Positions 17,980 to 28,359 of a DNA stretch of 64,000 bases are shown here, one piece after another (within the stretch, counting starts at the first letter, position 1; every line of letters starts with the position of its first letter). A program made the position numbers and the translations under genes. Under the pieces are notes generated by a model. It made no database searches. It was not told the DNA's origin and worked only from the letters and a program-made list of their open reading frames with translations. The DNA comes from Dehalococcoidia bacterium (GTDB taxonomy: Bacteria; Chloroflexota; Dehalococcoidia; Bin125): positions 3,040,001 to 3,104,000 of the forward strand of contig OY820591.1 of NCBI GenBank assembly GCA_963555985.3. Reading direction: 5' to 3'.

Positions 17980-20160
17980 GTGCCCCAATCATCCGCGCTC
18001 GACCCCCTCCACGACGCCCTCAACCAGCACTTCGGCTTCACTGACTTCCGACCCCAACAACGCGAAGCCATCCAACACATCCGCGACGGCGGCGACGCGC
18101 TCGTGCTCATGCCCACCGGCGGCGGCAAGTCCCTCTGCTACCAGCTTCCCGCCGTCCTCTCCGACGGACTCACCGTCGTCGTCTCCCCATTAATCGCGCT
18201 GATGCAGGAGCAGGTACAGGCGCTGCGCGCCAACGATCTCCGCGCCGCCTATCTCAACAGCACGCTCACCACAACCGCCGCCGCGCAGATTGAGCAGATG
18301 GTCGCCAACGGCGACATCCAACTCCTCTACGCCGCCCCGGAGCGGGTCAACACGCCCCGCTTCACCTCATTACTCGAACGCCGCCCGCCTGCGCTCATCG
18401 CCATCGACGAGGCCCATTGCATCTCCGAGTGGGGACACGAATTTCGCCCCGACTACCGCGAACTGCGCCGCCTCACCGCTCAGTTCCCCGATGTGCCTGT
18501 CGCCGCTCTCACCGCAACCGCCACGCCTCAAGTCCAGCGCGACATCGTCGACCAGCTTGACCGCCCCCGAATGCAGCGCTTCGCCACCAGCTTCATGCGT
18601 CCCAACCTCACGCTCCGGATCGTGCCCAAGCGTGAGTCGGTTGAGCGTCTGATTGAGCGGCTGCGTGAGCTTCCGCGCGAATCCGCGATCGTCTACTGTC
18701 GCTCCCGCTCAAGCGCCGAAGACACCGCCGCCAAACTGCGCAGCGCCCGTATTCCCGCTGCCCACTACCACGCCGGCATGACCGGCGACGAGCGAGCCCG
18801 CGTCCAGGACGAGTTCAGCAGCAGCCAGACTCCGGTGATCTGCGCCACGATCGCTTTCGGCATGGGTATCGACAAGCCCGACATCCGCCTCGTCGCCCAC
18901 CTCGATATGCCCCCCTCAATGGAGGGCTACTACCAGGAGACCGGCCGTGCCGGACGCGACGGCGAGCCGTCCGAATGCCTGCTCTTCTACACCCGTGGCG
19001 TCTGGGCGCAGCAGCAGTACTTCCTCCGCCAAATCCGCGACGAACGCGAGCGCGAAGCGCGCATCCGCCGCCTGCGCCGGATGATGGACTTCTGCGAGCA
19101 GCAATCCTGCCGCTGGTCGACCATCCTCAAGTACTTCGGCGAGCAGCCGCCATCCGAGTCCTGCGGTCACTGCGACAACTGCCTGGGCGAGGAGGAGGCG
19201 CCGGCCGATGCCGCATCGCCGAGACTCGTCGATCCCGCCGACCCGCCGGGGCCGCCGGGACAGGACGCGCAGCAACCGCTCAGCCCCGAAGAAGACCGGC
19301 TGTTCGAGGCGCTGCGAGCGGAGCGGTCGCGGCTGGCGAACGCGGAAGCAACCTCGGCCTACATCGTCGCCAGCAACCGGGAGTTGTCGGACATTGCGCG
19401 TCGCAAACCTCGCACGATCGCGGAACTGATCGAAATCAAGGGTATCCGTCACCGCAAGGCGGCCCGGTTCGGCCAGCAGCTGCTCGACGTGGTCGCGCAA
19501 CACTCGCAAGAAGCGGCCGACACCTTGGAGGAGACAGCGGACGAGACAGCCGGAGAGATGCAATTGACGCTCGACACGCCGCCCGAAGCCTGGCAGCAGC
19601 GCTTCAACGCCCTCGCCGCCTGGCGCAGCCTGACCAGCGACAACGAACAGTGCGATCCCTCCGACCTCCTCAGCTTCCCCGCCATGCGGGAAGTCGCCGA
19701 GCACACGCCCTCCTCAATCGAAGCGTTGTCGGCGGTGGACGGCGTCGGCGTACTTGCCATTGAGCGCTACGCCGAGGAACTCGCGCTCATCCTCGGCATC
19801 CAGCCCAAGCCCTCGGAACCGCCGCCGCCAACCTCCCGAACCTCAGATGCCGCCCCAAGCTGGCAAGTCAGCGCCGACCTCTACCAGGACGGCCACACCA
19901 TCCTCGCCATCGCCGAGCGCCGGATGCTCTCCCCGGGAACGGTGGCGTCGCACCTGACTACCGCCCTGCGCAATGGACTCGACATCGACCTCAATCCGGC
20001 GCTCCCCTCAACGAAACAGATCCAGGCCGTGCGCCGCGAACTGGGCCGAGACCCCGACGCCAGCATCGCCGACCTGCAAGAGCGCCTCGACCACCGCCTG
20101 TCGCATCCCGAGATCAGGCTCGTCCTGGCTCATCTGCACCCGCCGATGCTAAGTGACTAG
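17980..20160 (+). CDS. recQ: RecQ family ATP-dependent DNA helicase (two HRDC-like domains and C-terminal HTH)
   Basis: MPTGGGKSLCYQ, DEAHCISEWGH, ATIAFGMGIDKPD, YYQETGRAGRDG, CGHCDNC. Confidence 0.93.
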   Translation: MPQSSALDPLHDALNQHFGFTDFRPQQREAIQHIRDGGDALVLMPTGGGKSLCYQLPAVLSDGLTVVVSPLIALMQEQVQALRANDLRAAYLNSTLTTTAAAQIEQMVANGDIQLLYAAPERVNTPRFTSLLERRPPALIAIDEAHCISEWGHEFRPDYRELRRLTAQFPDVPVAALTATATPQVQRDIVDQLDRPRMQRFATSFMRPNLTLRIVPKRESVERLIERLRELPRESAIVYCRSRSSAEDTAAKLRSARIPAAHYHAGMTGDERARVQDEFSSSQTPVICATIAFGMGIDKPDIRLVAHLDMPPSMEGYYQETGRAGRDGEPSECLLFYTRGVWAQQQYFLRQIRDEREREARIRRLRRMMDFCEQQSCRWSTILKYFGEQPPSESCGHCDNCLGEEEAPADAASPRLVDPADPPGPPGQDAQQPLSPEEDRLFEALRAERSRLANAEATSAYIVASNRELSDIARRKPRTIAELIEIKGIRHRKAARFGQQLLDVVAQHSQEAADTLEETADETAGEMQLTLDTPPEAWQQRFNALAAWRSLTSDNEQCDPSDLLSFPAMREVAEHTPSSIEALSAVDGVGVLAIERYAEELALILGIQPKPSEPPPPTSRTSDAAPSWQVSADLYQDGHTILAIAERRMLSPGTVASHLTTALRNGLDIDLNPALPSTKQIQAVRRELGRDPDASIADLQERLDHRLSHPEIRLVLAHLHPPMLSD

Positions 20161-20296
20161 CTGGGGCCTACCCGCTTCGTCATTCCCGCGTAAGTGGACA
20201 CTCGCCTCGCCAACTACCGAGAAGAGATGTGCTATCATGTCGACCGAATCGTCGATGCTGTTTCTTTGGCATCGGCAGTCAGCAAGAGGATGGAAC

Positions 20297-20503
20297 ATGA
20301 TCGACCTAACCCACGCTCCACAGCGATGCGCCTGCTGCGGACACAACGAGACCATGTATCAGTTCGTTCGAGAGCAGATCGCGACCGGCGAATTGCTGAT
20401 CCCTGCCTGCCCCTCATGCCAAGGCCAGTGTGACGCCCTCTCTTTCGTTGGTGACTTGGAGGCCCTTCGGCAGCGACCCTGCCCACGTCTCCAGGCTGCC
20501 TGA
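20297..20503 (+). CDS. Small Cys-rich (zinc-ribbon-like) protein
   Basis: RBS-like agaggatgga before ATG; CACC and CPSC motifs; 68 aa. Confidence 0.5.
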   Translation: MIDLTHAPQRCACCGHNETMYQFVREQIATGELLIPACPSCQGQCDALSFVGDLEALRQRPCPRLQAA

Positions 20504-20668
20504 TCTCAGATCCACTTTATGGAGTTGATCTGGTGGCGTTGGTCTCATCGCTGCCGACGCACCCCTTTCCGCAGAGGCGCTAACCTCCGCTAAGGTGCTG
20601 TCGACACAGAATTGTGGGTGAAGGCAAGTTTGCCGCGGAAGCACCTACAGTCTGGAGGGTGGCCTGCG

Positions 20669-21694
20669 ATGGCACTACTGGACGTGCTTGTGAGAGTTGC
20701 GGGAGAGATTCCTAGGACCCAGCGCGAACTGGACTCTCTCAGCGAGGATGACGCGAGAGGTGAACTCATCGACCCGATTCTCGTCGAGTTAGGCTGGCGC
20801 AGCCCTAAGAAAGTGAGTCGCAGCTACCGTGCTGGAGAGCAAAAGAAAAAGAAGCCAGATTACGCACTATTGGACGACAACGGCACGCCGCTAGCGTTTA
20901 TCGAAGCGAAGGCTCCGGGACAGAAGCTGGCCAATCACGTGGAACAGTTGCGAGAGTACGCCGAACTCGAAGATGTAGATATCTGCGCCCTGACCAATGG
21001 AGTGTACTGGTGGCTATACTTGCCTCGGGAACCTGGTGACTTCGAGGAACGACGATTCGCAACCCTCGATGTTTCACTGTGGTTCGCAGCCCCCTCTGCT
21101 GACCTGGTACTAGAAGAGACTCTCGGATACGAGAGCCTCACAACAGGTGCCGCCGTTGGGAATGCGAAGAAGTTGCTCGAGGCGCGCAAGCGCGATGAAC
21201 GGCGACTCGCTGAGATTCCTCGGGCTTGGCAACGCCTCGTGAACGATTCCGGCACCAGCCTTTTTGATCTGGTTGCGGAGGAAGTGTTTCAGTCGATCGG
21301 CCAGCGGATACGACCAGCCGAGTTTCGTAGGGCTTTGCCACACCTCTTCGACGAAACTGATTCCCGCTCCCAAAGACATGTCACTGTAACGTTTTCGGAG
21401 ATCTTCGGCGCGGTAAACAACTATTGCTATTCCACGTATGAAGACAGCGTCCACGACAATCGTACCGCCCAAAGGCTCGCGAGAGACCTCGTGGTGTACC
21501 TAGCTCACAAGCACACTGGAGCGTCCTTTGTCGAGTTGGGGAAGCGAGTAAGTGTAGATGGCCACGAAAACGTGCAACAGAGAATCCGTCGTGTCGACGA
21601 GCAGATCAACTCGACCCATGACGGGGGCATAAGAGCAAGAACGATTCGCCGGTGGCATCGAATGATCTGTGAGCGACTTCAACTCGACCCTTGA
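20669..21694 (+). CDS. HsdR N-terminal-like PD-(D/E)xK nuclease fused to a DnaA C-terminal-like HTH
   Basis: LIDPILVELGW...KPDYAL...FIEAK...QLREYA...LTNGVYW; C-terminus ARDLVVYLAHKHTGASFVELG. Confidence 0.8.
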   Translation: MALLDVLVRVAGEIPRTQRELDSLSEDDARGELIDPILVELGWRSPKKVSRSYRAGEQKKKKPDYALLDDNGTPLAFIEAKAPGQKLANHVEQLREYAELEDVDICALTNGVYWWLYLPREPGDFEERRFATLDVSLWFAAPSADLVLEETLGYESLTTGAAVGNAKKLLEARKRDERRLAEIPRAWQRLVNDSGTSLFDLVAEEVFQSIGQRIRPAEFRRALPHLFDETDSRSQRHVTVTFSEIFGAVNNYCYSTYEDSVHDNRTAQRLARDLVVYLAHKHTGASFVELGKRVSVDGHENVQQRIRRVDEQINSTHDGGIRARTIRRWHRMICERLQLDP

Positions 21695-21771
21695 GTCGGA
21701 TTCGACAAGAAGTCTTTCGAACGAATGTCAGCGGAATGGAAGCCGCTCACTGTAATGGCAGCTTCCTTGAG

Positions 21772-22014
21772 CTAGCGGCGACGATAGCCCCTATGGCGCC
21801 CCGGTCTCCGTCGCTGCTCCTCGGCTTGTCGGTCGAGCAGAGCCATAGCCTGTTTCGTCCGTGATCGAATCTCCGCTGCGGAGAATGCAGAATCGCAATA
21901 GGGACAAGCGATGGTGTCCTTGCCCTCCACATCACGGGTGAGTTCGACAAAGACTGCCCTGCACTGAGGGCACCAAAACGACTCCTTCTGTCCGACACCG
22001 ACTGTTCTTGCCAT
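21772..22014 (-). CDS. Small zinc-ribbon protein with basic tail
   Basis: RBS caggag; CPQC and CPYC; 80 aa; directly downstream of lhr. Confidence 0.65.
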   Translation of the reverse strand: MARTVGVGQKESFWCPQCRAVFVELTRDVEGKDTIACPYCDSAFSAAEIRSRTKQAMALLDRQAEEQRRRPGRHRGYRRR

Positions 22015-22060
22015 GATGGTCTCCTGAGATACATCTGCGACCGCCTGAGGCGACAGACCG

Positions 22061-25000
22061 CTAGTCCGCCGCCACAGACCCCGACAACGCCTCCGACTCC
22101 TCCACTGCCCCATCCACCAGCGTCACCGTCCCGCCCAGACGCGAGGGCACCTTCGCGCCCGGCAACAAGATCCCCACCAGGTTGCACGGATCCGCCGCCG
22201 CGATCACCACACGCTCGCCGTCCAGCGCTTTGCGCCGCACCGCCCGCAACTGATCGAGCGCTTGCGGCAACGCAAACTGTTCCCCGATCAGACCCTGAAT
22301 GAAGCGACCGCCCCGAATCTCACCACGCGCCTCCAGGCGGCGCAGCGCACGCAGAATCTCCCGCCAGGCGAGAGTCAGACTCTCCCGCGTCGCCAACTCG
22401 CGCGAGATCACCCCGTAGCGCCGCAGCAGGAGCACAGCCATCCGCTCGGCCAACTCATCCGCCTCTTCCACATCCACCGGCGGCGGCGCAACCGGCGACA
22501 ACGCCGCCCAGCGACCGGCCGGACCTTCCCCGATGAACACCCCGCCCCCGCCATAACGCGGACGCCGCCGCCGACCGTTACGAGCCGGACGAATCAGTTG
22601 CCGCAAGCCCTGGAATCCGTCCGCATGAGCCAACCCCGACGCGACCAACTCGCGCAGCCCGTTCTCCACATCCGTCGCGATCCGTCGCGTGCCGTCCACC
22701 AATTCATCGAAGAACAGCGCCCCGCGCTCGTTCAGCATCCGCAAAATCTGGCTCGCGGCCCCGCCGTCGGCATGAACCTGCTCGGCGACATCCGGTTCAG
22801 GCGGCGGCGCAGACCGCCCCCGAGCCGCCGGCGCTGGCGCAGGACGCCGCACCGCCGCCAGCAGCGAGCGGAAATCCCGCCGCAACGCCAGTGTGATCGG
22901 CGTCGACTTGGTCGGCGCGCGCCGCGCCGCCCGAGGCGTCAACCGCGCCCACGCGATCTCCCCCGCCAAACACAGTTCGTCCAACCACGCCTCCCGATAG
23001 TCCGCCACGCGCGGAGCCAGCAGATCCCGCTCCCAGGCAGCCGCCGGCGCCTCAAACCCCTGCAACTGCTCGATCACCGCCCGTACCCCCGCCTTGCCCG
23101 TCAACCGCGTATCCGGTGTCAGCCGCTGCCAGCGCAGCAGGAAGCGCAGGTACTGCTGCACCGTGACCGGCTCGATCTCCGCTCGCAACCGAGCGATCGT
23201 GTAGCGGTGAATCCGCGCCAGCAGCCGCCGGTCGCAATACTCTTCCTCGCTCTCGTCCAGGAACTCCGGCGGGCTAAACCGTCCCCGCATGACCTCGCCA
23301 TATGCCTCAAGCTGTTGCAGCGCATAACCCACATCCCGCGCCGACAACCCGCACCGCCGCGATAATCCAGCCGCTGTAATCGGCCCCACCACCTCCATAT
23401 GACCCCGCGCCAGCCGCAGCCGCGCATCCTCCCGGTCTGCAACCTCGATCAACGCCGCTTCAGGCACCTCCAACGCCGGCTCGATCACCGCTTCCGGCAA
23501 CAGCAACTGAATCGCCGACAGGTGCTCAGCCGCAAACCAGACCGCCCCGTCCTCTGTCCGCGCCAGCGCCGCCCGACCCTCCGCAACCAACGCTTCCGCC
23601 AACGAGCGCACATGCGACAGGTTCCGCTCTCCCAACGCCACCAGCGAGATCAGCAACTCATGCAGCTCGTCCGCATCACGAACCGGCGGCAACGCCTCCT
23701 CCCGCACCCGATCAATCGCGTCCGGATCCAGCCGACCCAGATCCCGCTGCTGTTCCGGCAGCGTCCGCCGCGTCATCACCGCCCGCGCCCGCCGCTCCTC
23801 CAACGGAGCATCGTCGAGAAACCCGAACGGGTTCACGTTGATAATGCTCTGAGCCATCGGCGAGGGCGTCACCGTATCCCGAGCGTGCAGCCGAATTTCG
23901 CCGCGCTCGATCCGCTCCAGCACTCCCACTAGCGCATCGGTATCGACCGCCTCATGCAGACAGTCATCCATCGTTTGCGCGATCAGCGGATGATCGGGCA
24001 CTTCCAACGGGCCGGCCAGATTCTCCTGACACCCCACCTGAGCCGGGAACACCGCCGCCAGCAAATCGTCCGCGATCATCCGCTGCAAATTCGGCGGTAC
24101 TTCCTTCCCTCCGCGACGCCGAGGCACCGCCAGCGCCCGCGTCGCCGCCCAGCGCCAGCGCGTATTCCAGAACGGCGCGTACAACACCGCCTGCCGCAGC
24201 GACTGCTCCGCGTTCTCCGCCGACAGATAGCCAAACGCCTCCTCCAGCGGGAACGACTGCGACGGTCCCAGCGAGAGGATGATCCCCTCCTCGTTCGCCG
24301 CCGCCTGCAACTCGAAGTCGAAGCGCACGCAGAAGCGCTTACGCAGCGCCAGCCCCCAGGCCCGGTTCACGCCCGAGCCGAACGGCGCATGAACCACCAA
24401 CTGCTGACCGCCCGCCTCATCGAAAAACCGCTCAAACACCACATCGGTATCCGAGGGCATCACCTGCAACGCATCCTGCGCCGAACCCAGGTACTCGATC
24501 ATCTGCTCCGCTGCGACCGAGTTCATCCCGCACTCGCGCTGCAACCGCGCCGAAGTCGATTCCGCATCGTCAATCGTCTCCGTCACATCCCGCCGCAGAC
24601 AACCCACCTCACGCGACAACTCAACGCTCCGTCCGGGCGCTTCGCCCAGCCAGAACGGAATCGTCGGCGGCAACCCCTGCGCGTCCTCCACTCGCACCAC
24701 GCCCTTGCTCTCGACCCGCCGGATCCGCCACGAAGTGCTGCCCAACAGAAAAATATCCCCCGCCTGCGACTCAATCGCAAAGTCCTCGTTCACCGTCCCG
24801 ATGAACGCACCCTCCGGCTCCTTCACCACCCGAAAATCGCCGGTCTCCGGGATCGTCCCCCCGTTCACGATCGCCGTCAGCCGCGATCCGCGCCGCGCCC
24901 GCACCATCCCCTGGATCCGATCCCGATGCACCAGCGGCCGCGAACGCCCCCCGCCTTCGCCCACGCCGGTCGCCAGCATCTCTACGGTTTCGTCAAACGT

Positions 25001-26368
25001 CTCCCGCGCCAGCCCCCGATACGGCGCCGCCCGCCGGAAACGCTCGTACAACTCGTCCTCGCTGCACGATTCCGCCGCCGTCTCCGCCACGATCTGCTGC
25101 GCCAGCACCTCAATCGGCGCCTCCGGCTGCCGAATCCGATCCAGATCCCCGCTCTGCACCGCCCGCACCATCGCAGCGCATTCCACCAGTTCGTCCAGCG
25201 AGGTCGGGAACAGCGCCCCGTGCGGTACCCGCCCCAGCGCGTGACCCGAACGCCCTACCCGCTGCAAGAACGTCGCGATCCGCCGCGGCGAACCGATCTG
25301 ACAAACCAGATCCACGCTGCCGATATCAATCCCCAACTCCAACGAAGCCGTCGCCACCACCGCCTTCAGATCGCCCGCCTTCAGCCGCTCCTCCATCACC
25401 TGCCGACGCTCTTTCGCCAGCGACCCATGATGCCCTGCCACATTCTCCTTACCCACCCGCTCCCCCAGCCGGTGCGCCACCCGTTCCGCCAGCGCCCGTG
25501 TATTCACGAAGATCAGCGTCGTCCGGTGCTGAACCGCCAGTTCCGCCAGCCGGTCGTAGATGCTGTCCCACAACTCATGCGTCGGGATCGCCGGAATCGG
25601 AACATCGGTCGTCTCGATCCACAGCTGCAACTCCCGCTTGTGACCCAAATCCAAAATCCGGCAGGGCAGGGCCGCGCCCTCTTCGTCCACCCCCGTCAAA
25701 AACGCCGCAATCTGATCCATCGGCTTCTGCGTCGCCGACAACCCAATCCGCACCGGACGCCGCTCGGCCACATGATCCAACCGCGCCAGCGACAACGCCA
25801 AATGCGATCCCCGCTTATCCCGCACAACCGCATGAATCTCATCCACGATCACCGTCGTCACCGTGCGCAGCACCGCCCGGCTTTGTTCCGCCGTCAGCAT
25901 CAGGTACAACGATTCCGGCGTCGTAATCAAAATGTGCGGCGGATTCTTCACAATCGCCCGCCGCTCCGACTGCGGCGTATCCCCCGTGCGCAACCCCATC
26001 CGGATCCGCGGCAGCGTCACCCCCCGCTCCTCGGCCAGCGCCCGAATCTCCCGCAGCGGCTCCTCCAGGTTCCGCCGGATATCGCTCGAAAGCGCCTTCA
26101 ACGGCGACACATACAAAATCCGCACCTCATCCGGCAGCGCCCCCCGCTCCCCCTCCCGAACCAGGTCGTCAATCCCCGCCAGAAACGCCGTCAGCGTCTT
26201 CCCCGATCCTGTCGGTGCCGCCAACAACACATCCCGCCGGGTCCGAATCGCCGGCCACCCATCCTCCTGAGCAAACGTCGGCGCGCCAAACCGCCCCACG
26301 AACCAGTCCCGAACCAACGGATGAAAATCGTCCAAAGCGGACACCGGAGGAGAATCTGCCTGACTCAT
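22061..26368 (-). CDS. lhr: Lhr-family DEAD/DEAH-box helicase
   Basis: APTGSGKT, ILITTPESLYLML, DEIH, ATASLELGID, QRVGRSGH; C-terminal LLRRYGV...LEARGEIRGGRF. Confidence 0.92.
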   Translation of the reverse strand: MSQADSPPVSALDDFHPLVRDWFVGRFGAPTFAQEDGWPAIRTRRDVLLAAPTGSGKTLTAFLAGIDDLVREGERGALPDEVRILYVSPLKALSSDIRRNLEEPLREIRALAEERGVTLPRIRMGLRTGDTPQSERRAIVKNPPHILITTPESLYLMLTAEQSRAVLRTVTTVIVDEIHAVVRDKRGSHLALSLARLDHVAERRPVRIGLSATQKPMDQIAAFLTGVDEEGAALPCRILDLGHKRELQLWIETTDVPIPAIPTHELWDSIYDRLAELAVQHRTTLIFVNTRALAERVAHRLGERVGKENVAGHHGSLAKERRQVMEERLKAGDLKAVVATASLELGIDIGSVDLVCQIGSPRRIATFLQRVGRSGHALGRVPHGALFPTSLDELVECAAMVRAVQSGDLDRIRQPEAPIEVLAQQIVAETAAESCSEDELYERFRRAAPYRGLARETFDETVEMLATGVGEGGGRSRPLVHRDRIQGMVRARRGSRLTAIVNGGTIPETGDFRVVKEPEGAFIGTVNEDFAIESQAGDIFLLGSTSWRIRRVESKGVVRVEDAQGLPPTIPFWLGEAPGRSVELSREVGCLRRDVTETIDDAESTSARLQRECGMNSVAAEQMIEYLGSAQDALQVMPSDTDVVFERFFDEAGGQQLVVHAPFGSGVNRAWGLALRKRFCVRFDFELQAAANEEGIILSLGPSQSFPLEEAFGYLSAENAEQSLRQAVLYAPFWNTRWRWAATRALAVPRRRGGKEVPPNLQRMIADDLLAAVFPAQVGCQENLAGPLEVPDHPLIAQTMDDCLHEAVDTDALVGVLERIERGEIRLHARDTVTPSPMAQSIINVNPFGFLDDAPLEERRARAVMTRRTLPEQQRDLGRLDPDAIDRVREEALPPVRDADELHELLISLVALGERNLSHVRSLAEALVAEGRAALARTEDGAVWFAAEHLSAIQLLLPEAVIEPALEVPEAALIEVADREDARLRLARGHMEVVGPITAAGLSRRCGLSARDVGYALQQLEAYGEVMRGRFSPPEFLDESEEEYCDRRLLARIHRYTIARLRAEIEPVTVQQYLRFLLRWQRLTPDTRLTGKAGVRAVIEQLQGFEAPAAAWERDLLAPRVADYREAWLDELCLAGEIAWARLTPRAARRAPTKSTPITLALRRDFRSLLAAVRRPAPAPAARGRSAPPPEPDVAEQVHADGGAASQILRMLNERGALFFDELVDGTRRIATDVENGLRELVASGLAHADGFQGLRQLIRPARNGRRRRPRYGGGGVFIGEGPAGRWAALSPVAPPPVDVEEADELAERMAVLLLRRYGVISRELATRESLTLAWREILRALRRLEARGEIRGGRFIQGLIGEQFALPQALDQLRAVRRKALDGERVVIAAADPCNLVGILLPGAKVPSRLGGTVTLVDGAVEESEALSGSVAAD

Positions 26369-26454
26369 ACGTTTCGTACTCTATCTGGCAAAGAGCCAAC
26401 ACGCCAGAGGTCTACCCTCTCTCTCCTCTGGAGACTTGCACGCAAACCCTGATC

Positions 26455-26575
26455 GATCTCCCCCTCAAGGGGGAGATGCCCCAACGGGGCAGAGGGGGTG
26501 AGAACACCGCAGTCCTCTCCGGTACACCAGCTCTCCTCCTCAGTTAAGGGGAGGTCACGCAGCAACAGAGGGATC
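26455..26575 (+). repeat. Two degenerate family A REP-like copies (forward)
   Basis: atctccccctcaagggggagatgccccaacggggcagaggggg and ctctcctcctcagttaaggggaggtcacgcagcaacagaggg. Confidence 0.65.
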
Positions 26576-26750
26576 TGGACGAACACCTCACCGCACATTC
26601 CCACCCACTATGTACAGACCGCCCACCCACTTGCCAAACCAGACAGTCCATGTGAACGTATGCACGGAAGACCAAGAACGTCGCCCAACGCCGCACAACG
26701 GCTAGCGTGAGATCAGCGGATCACCGACCACCGCAAACCGGAGCACATCC

Positions 26751-28346
26751 GTGAACCTCCGCAACCGCACCATCTACATCGGCGACAACCTTAAGCGTCT
26801 GCGCGGCATCGACAGCGACTCCGTCGACCTCATCTATCTCGATCCGCCCTTCAACAGCCGCGGCGAGTACCAGTGGCCGATCGGCACCGACGAACTCGAC
26901 TGGGACGACGGCCCCACCGACGAGGACGACCTCGACGATGAAGCCCTGGAGAATCTGATCGGCGGCAACGGCATCGACAAGTTCAAGGACGCCTTCACTC
27001 TCGACGATCTCGACCAGCGCACCTTGCAGGAACTCTTGGACAACGGCGAACCCGCCGGCTACGTGATCGCGGCGGCGGGCGCAGCGGTCGGACCGGGCAC
27101 GCAAGCCTACCTCACCTTCATGTGGGAGCGCCTGGTCGAAATGCGCCGCATCCTCAAGCGCACCGGCAGCATCTACCTGCATTGCGACGACACCGAAGGC
27201 TTGTGGCTAGGAGCCCTCATGGACGCCATCTTCGGGCGATCCAGCTTTCGCAACATGATCACCTGGCAGCGCACCAGCGCTCATAACGACGCAGGCGGCT
27301 TTGGACGAATCGCGGACCATCTCCTGTTTTACGCAATGTCAAACGAATCTCTATTCGATCGTGAGGGAGTCGCGCGCGCGCTCGATCGCGGCTACGTGAC
27401 GAGGGAATACAGTCGCGGCAGAGATGACCCCAGAGGCCGATGGCGGCGAAGCGACTTGACCGGCCCCGGCATTTCCGTCGGCGAGAGCGGCCAGCCCTGG
27501 CGGGATTACAACCCCACTGAGATCGGACGCTGTTGGTCGGTACCGCGCGCAATCGGACGGGGCGAGTACGCCGATTGGATCGCCGAGAACATCATCCCGG
27601 GCTACGAAGAGATTGAGGGCGTCCACGACCGCCTCGACGCTCTCGATGCCCACGGCCTCATCCATTGGACGCGAACCGGCACGCCCGAACTCAAGCGCTA
27701 CCTGGCGGCTACGGCCGGACAGGTGCCCGGCACGATCTGGGCCGACATCAATCCGGTCGTGGCTGGCTCCAAAGAGTGGCAGCCCTGGGACACCCAGAAG
27801 CCATTGGCCCTGCTCGAGCGCGTGATCGCCGCCTCCTCCCGACCGGGCGACATGGTGCTCGATCCCTTCTGCGGCTGCGCCACCGCCTGCGTCGCCGCCG
27901 AGCGCCTCAATCGCCAGTGGGTCGGCATGGACCGTTCCCCCCGCGCCGGCATCCTCGTCCGCAAACGCCTCCGCGAACAGGACGAAGGCATCGCCATCTG
28001 GGCCCACGACGTCAACGTCACCCGAGCCGTCCCCACGCGCACCGACATCACCGAACCGCCCCTGACCAGAGCCGAACTCAAAGCGGCCTTGTTCGAGCGC
28101 CAGTCGGTCGCCGCCGACCACTACCCGATCCCCCACGCCCTCTGCGCCGGCCCGGGCTGCGACACCGCCTTGCCCATCCACCTGCTCGAAATCGACCGTA
28201 TCCGCCCCGGCGCCGCTGGCGGCGAGTACACCCCCGACAACACCCAACTCCTCTGCGGCTGGTGCAACCGCGTCAAAGGCAACCGAGACATGGACTACCT
28301 CGCCGCCCGCATCGCCCAACGCCGCCAAACAGAAGCCGGGACCTAG
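26751..28346 (+). CDS. DNA methyltransferase (N6/N4, beta class) fused to a C-terminal HNH-like domain
   Basis: YLDPPFNS (motif IV), TQKPLALLER, VLDPFCGCAT (motif I); CAGPGC...IDRIRP...GG...NTQLLCGWCNRVKG. Confidence 0.9.
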   Translation: MNLRNRTIYIGDNLKRLRGIDSDSVDLIYLDPPFNSRGEYQWPIGTDELDWDDGPTDEDDLDDEALENLIGGNGIDKFKDAFTLDDLDQRTLQELLDNGEPAGYVIAAAGAAVGPGTQAYLTFMWERLVEMRRILKRTGSIYLHCDDTEGLWLGALMDAIFGRSSFRNMITWQRTSAHNDAGGFGRIADHLLFYAMSNESLFDREGVARALDRGYVTREYSRGRDDPRGRWRRSDLTGPGISVGESGQPWRDYNPTEIGRCWSVPRAIGRGEYADWIAENIIPGYEEIEGVHDRLDALDAHGLIHWTRTGTPELKRYLAATAGQVPGTIWADINPVVAGSKEWQPWDTQKPLALLERVIAASSRPGDMVLDPFCGCATACVAAERLNRQWVGMDRSPRAGILVRKRLREQDEGIAIWAHDVNVTRAVPTRTDITEPPLTRAELKAALFERQSVAADHYPIPHALCAGPGCDTALPIHLLEIDRIRPGAAGGEYTPDNTQLLCGWCNRVKGNRDMDYLAARIAQRRQTEAGT

Positions 28347-28359
28347 TCGGCTGTGCCCT

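Noticed and set aside
23954-26452. 832-aa + strand ORF (also 22262-23365)
   Set aside because: Antisense to lhr; R/P/Q/H-rich with no motifs; a by-product of high GC and codon skew.
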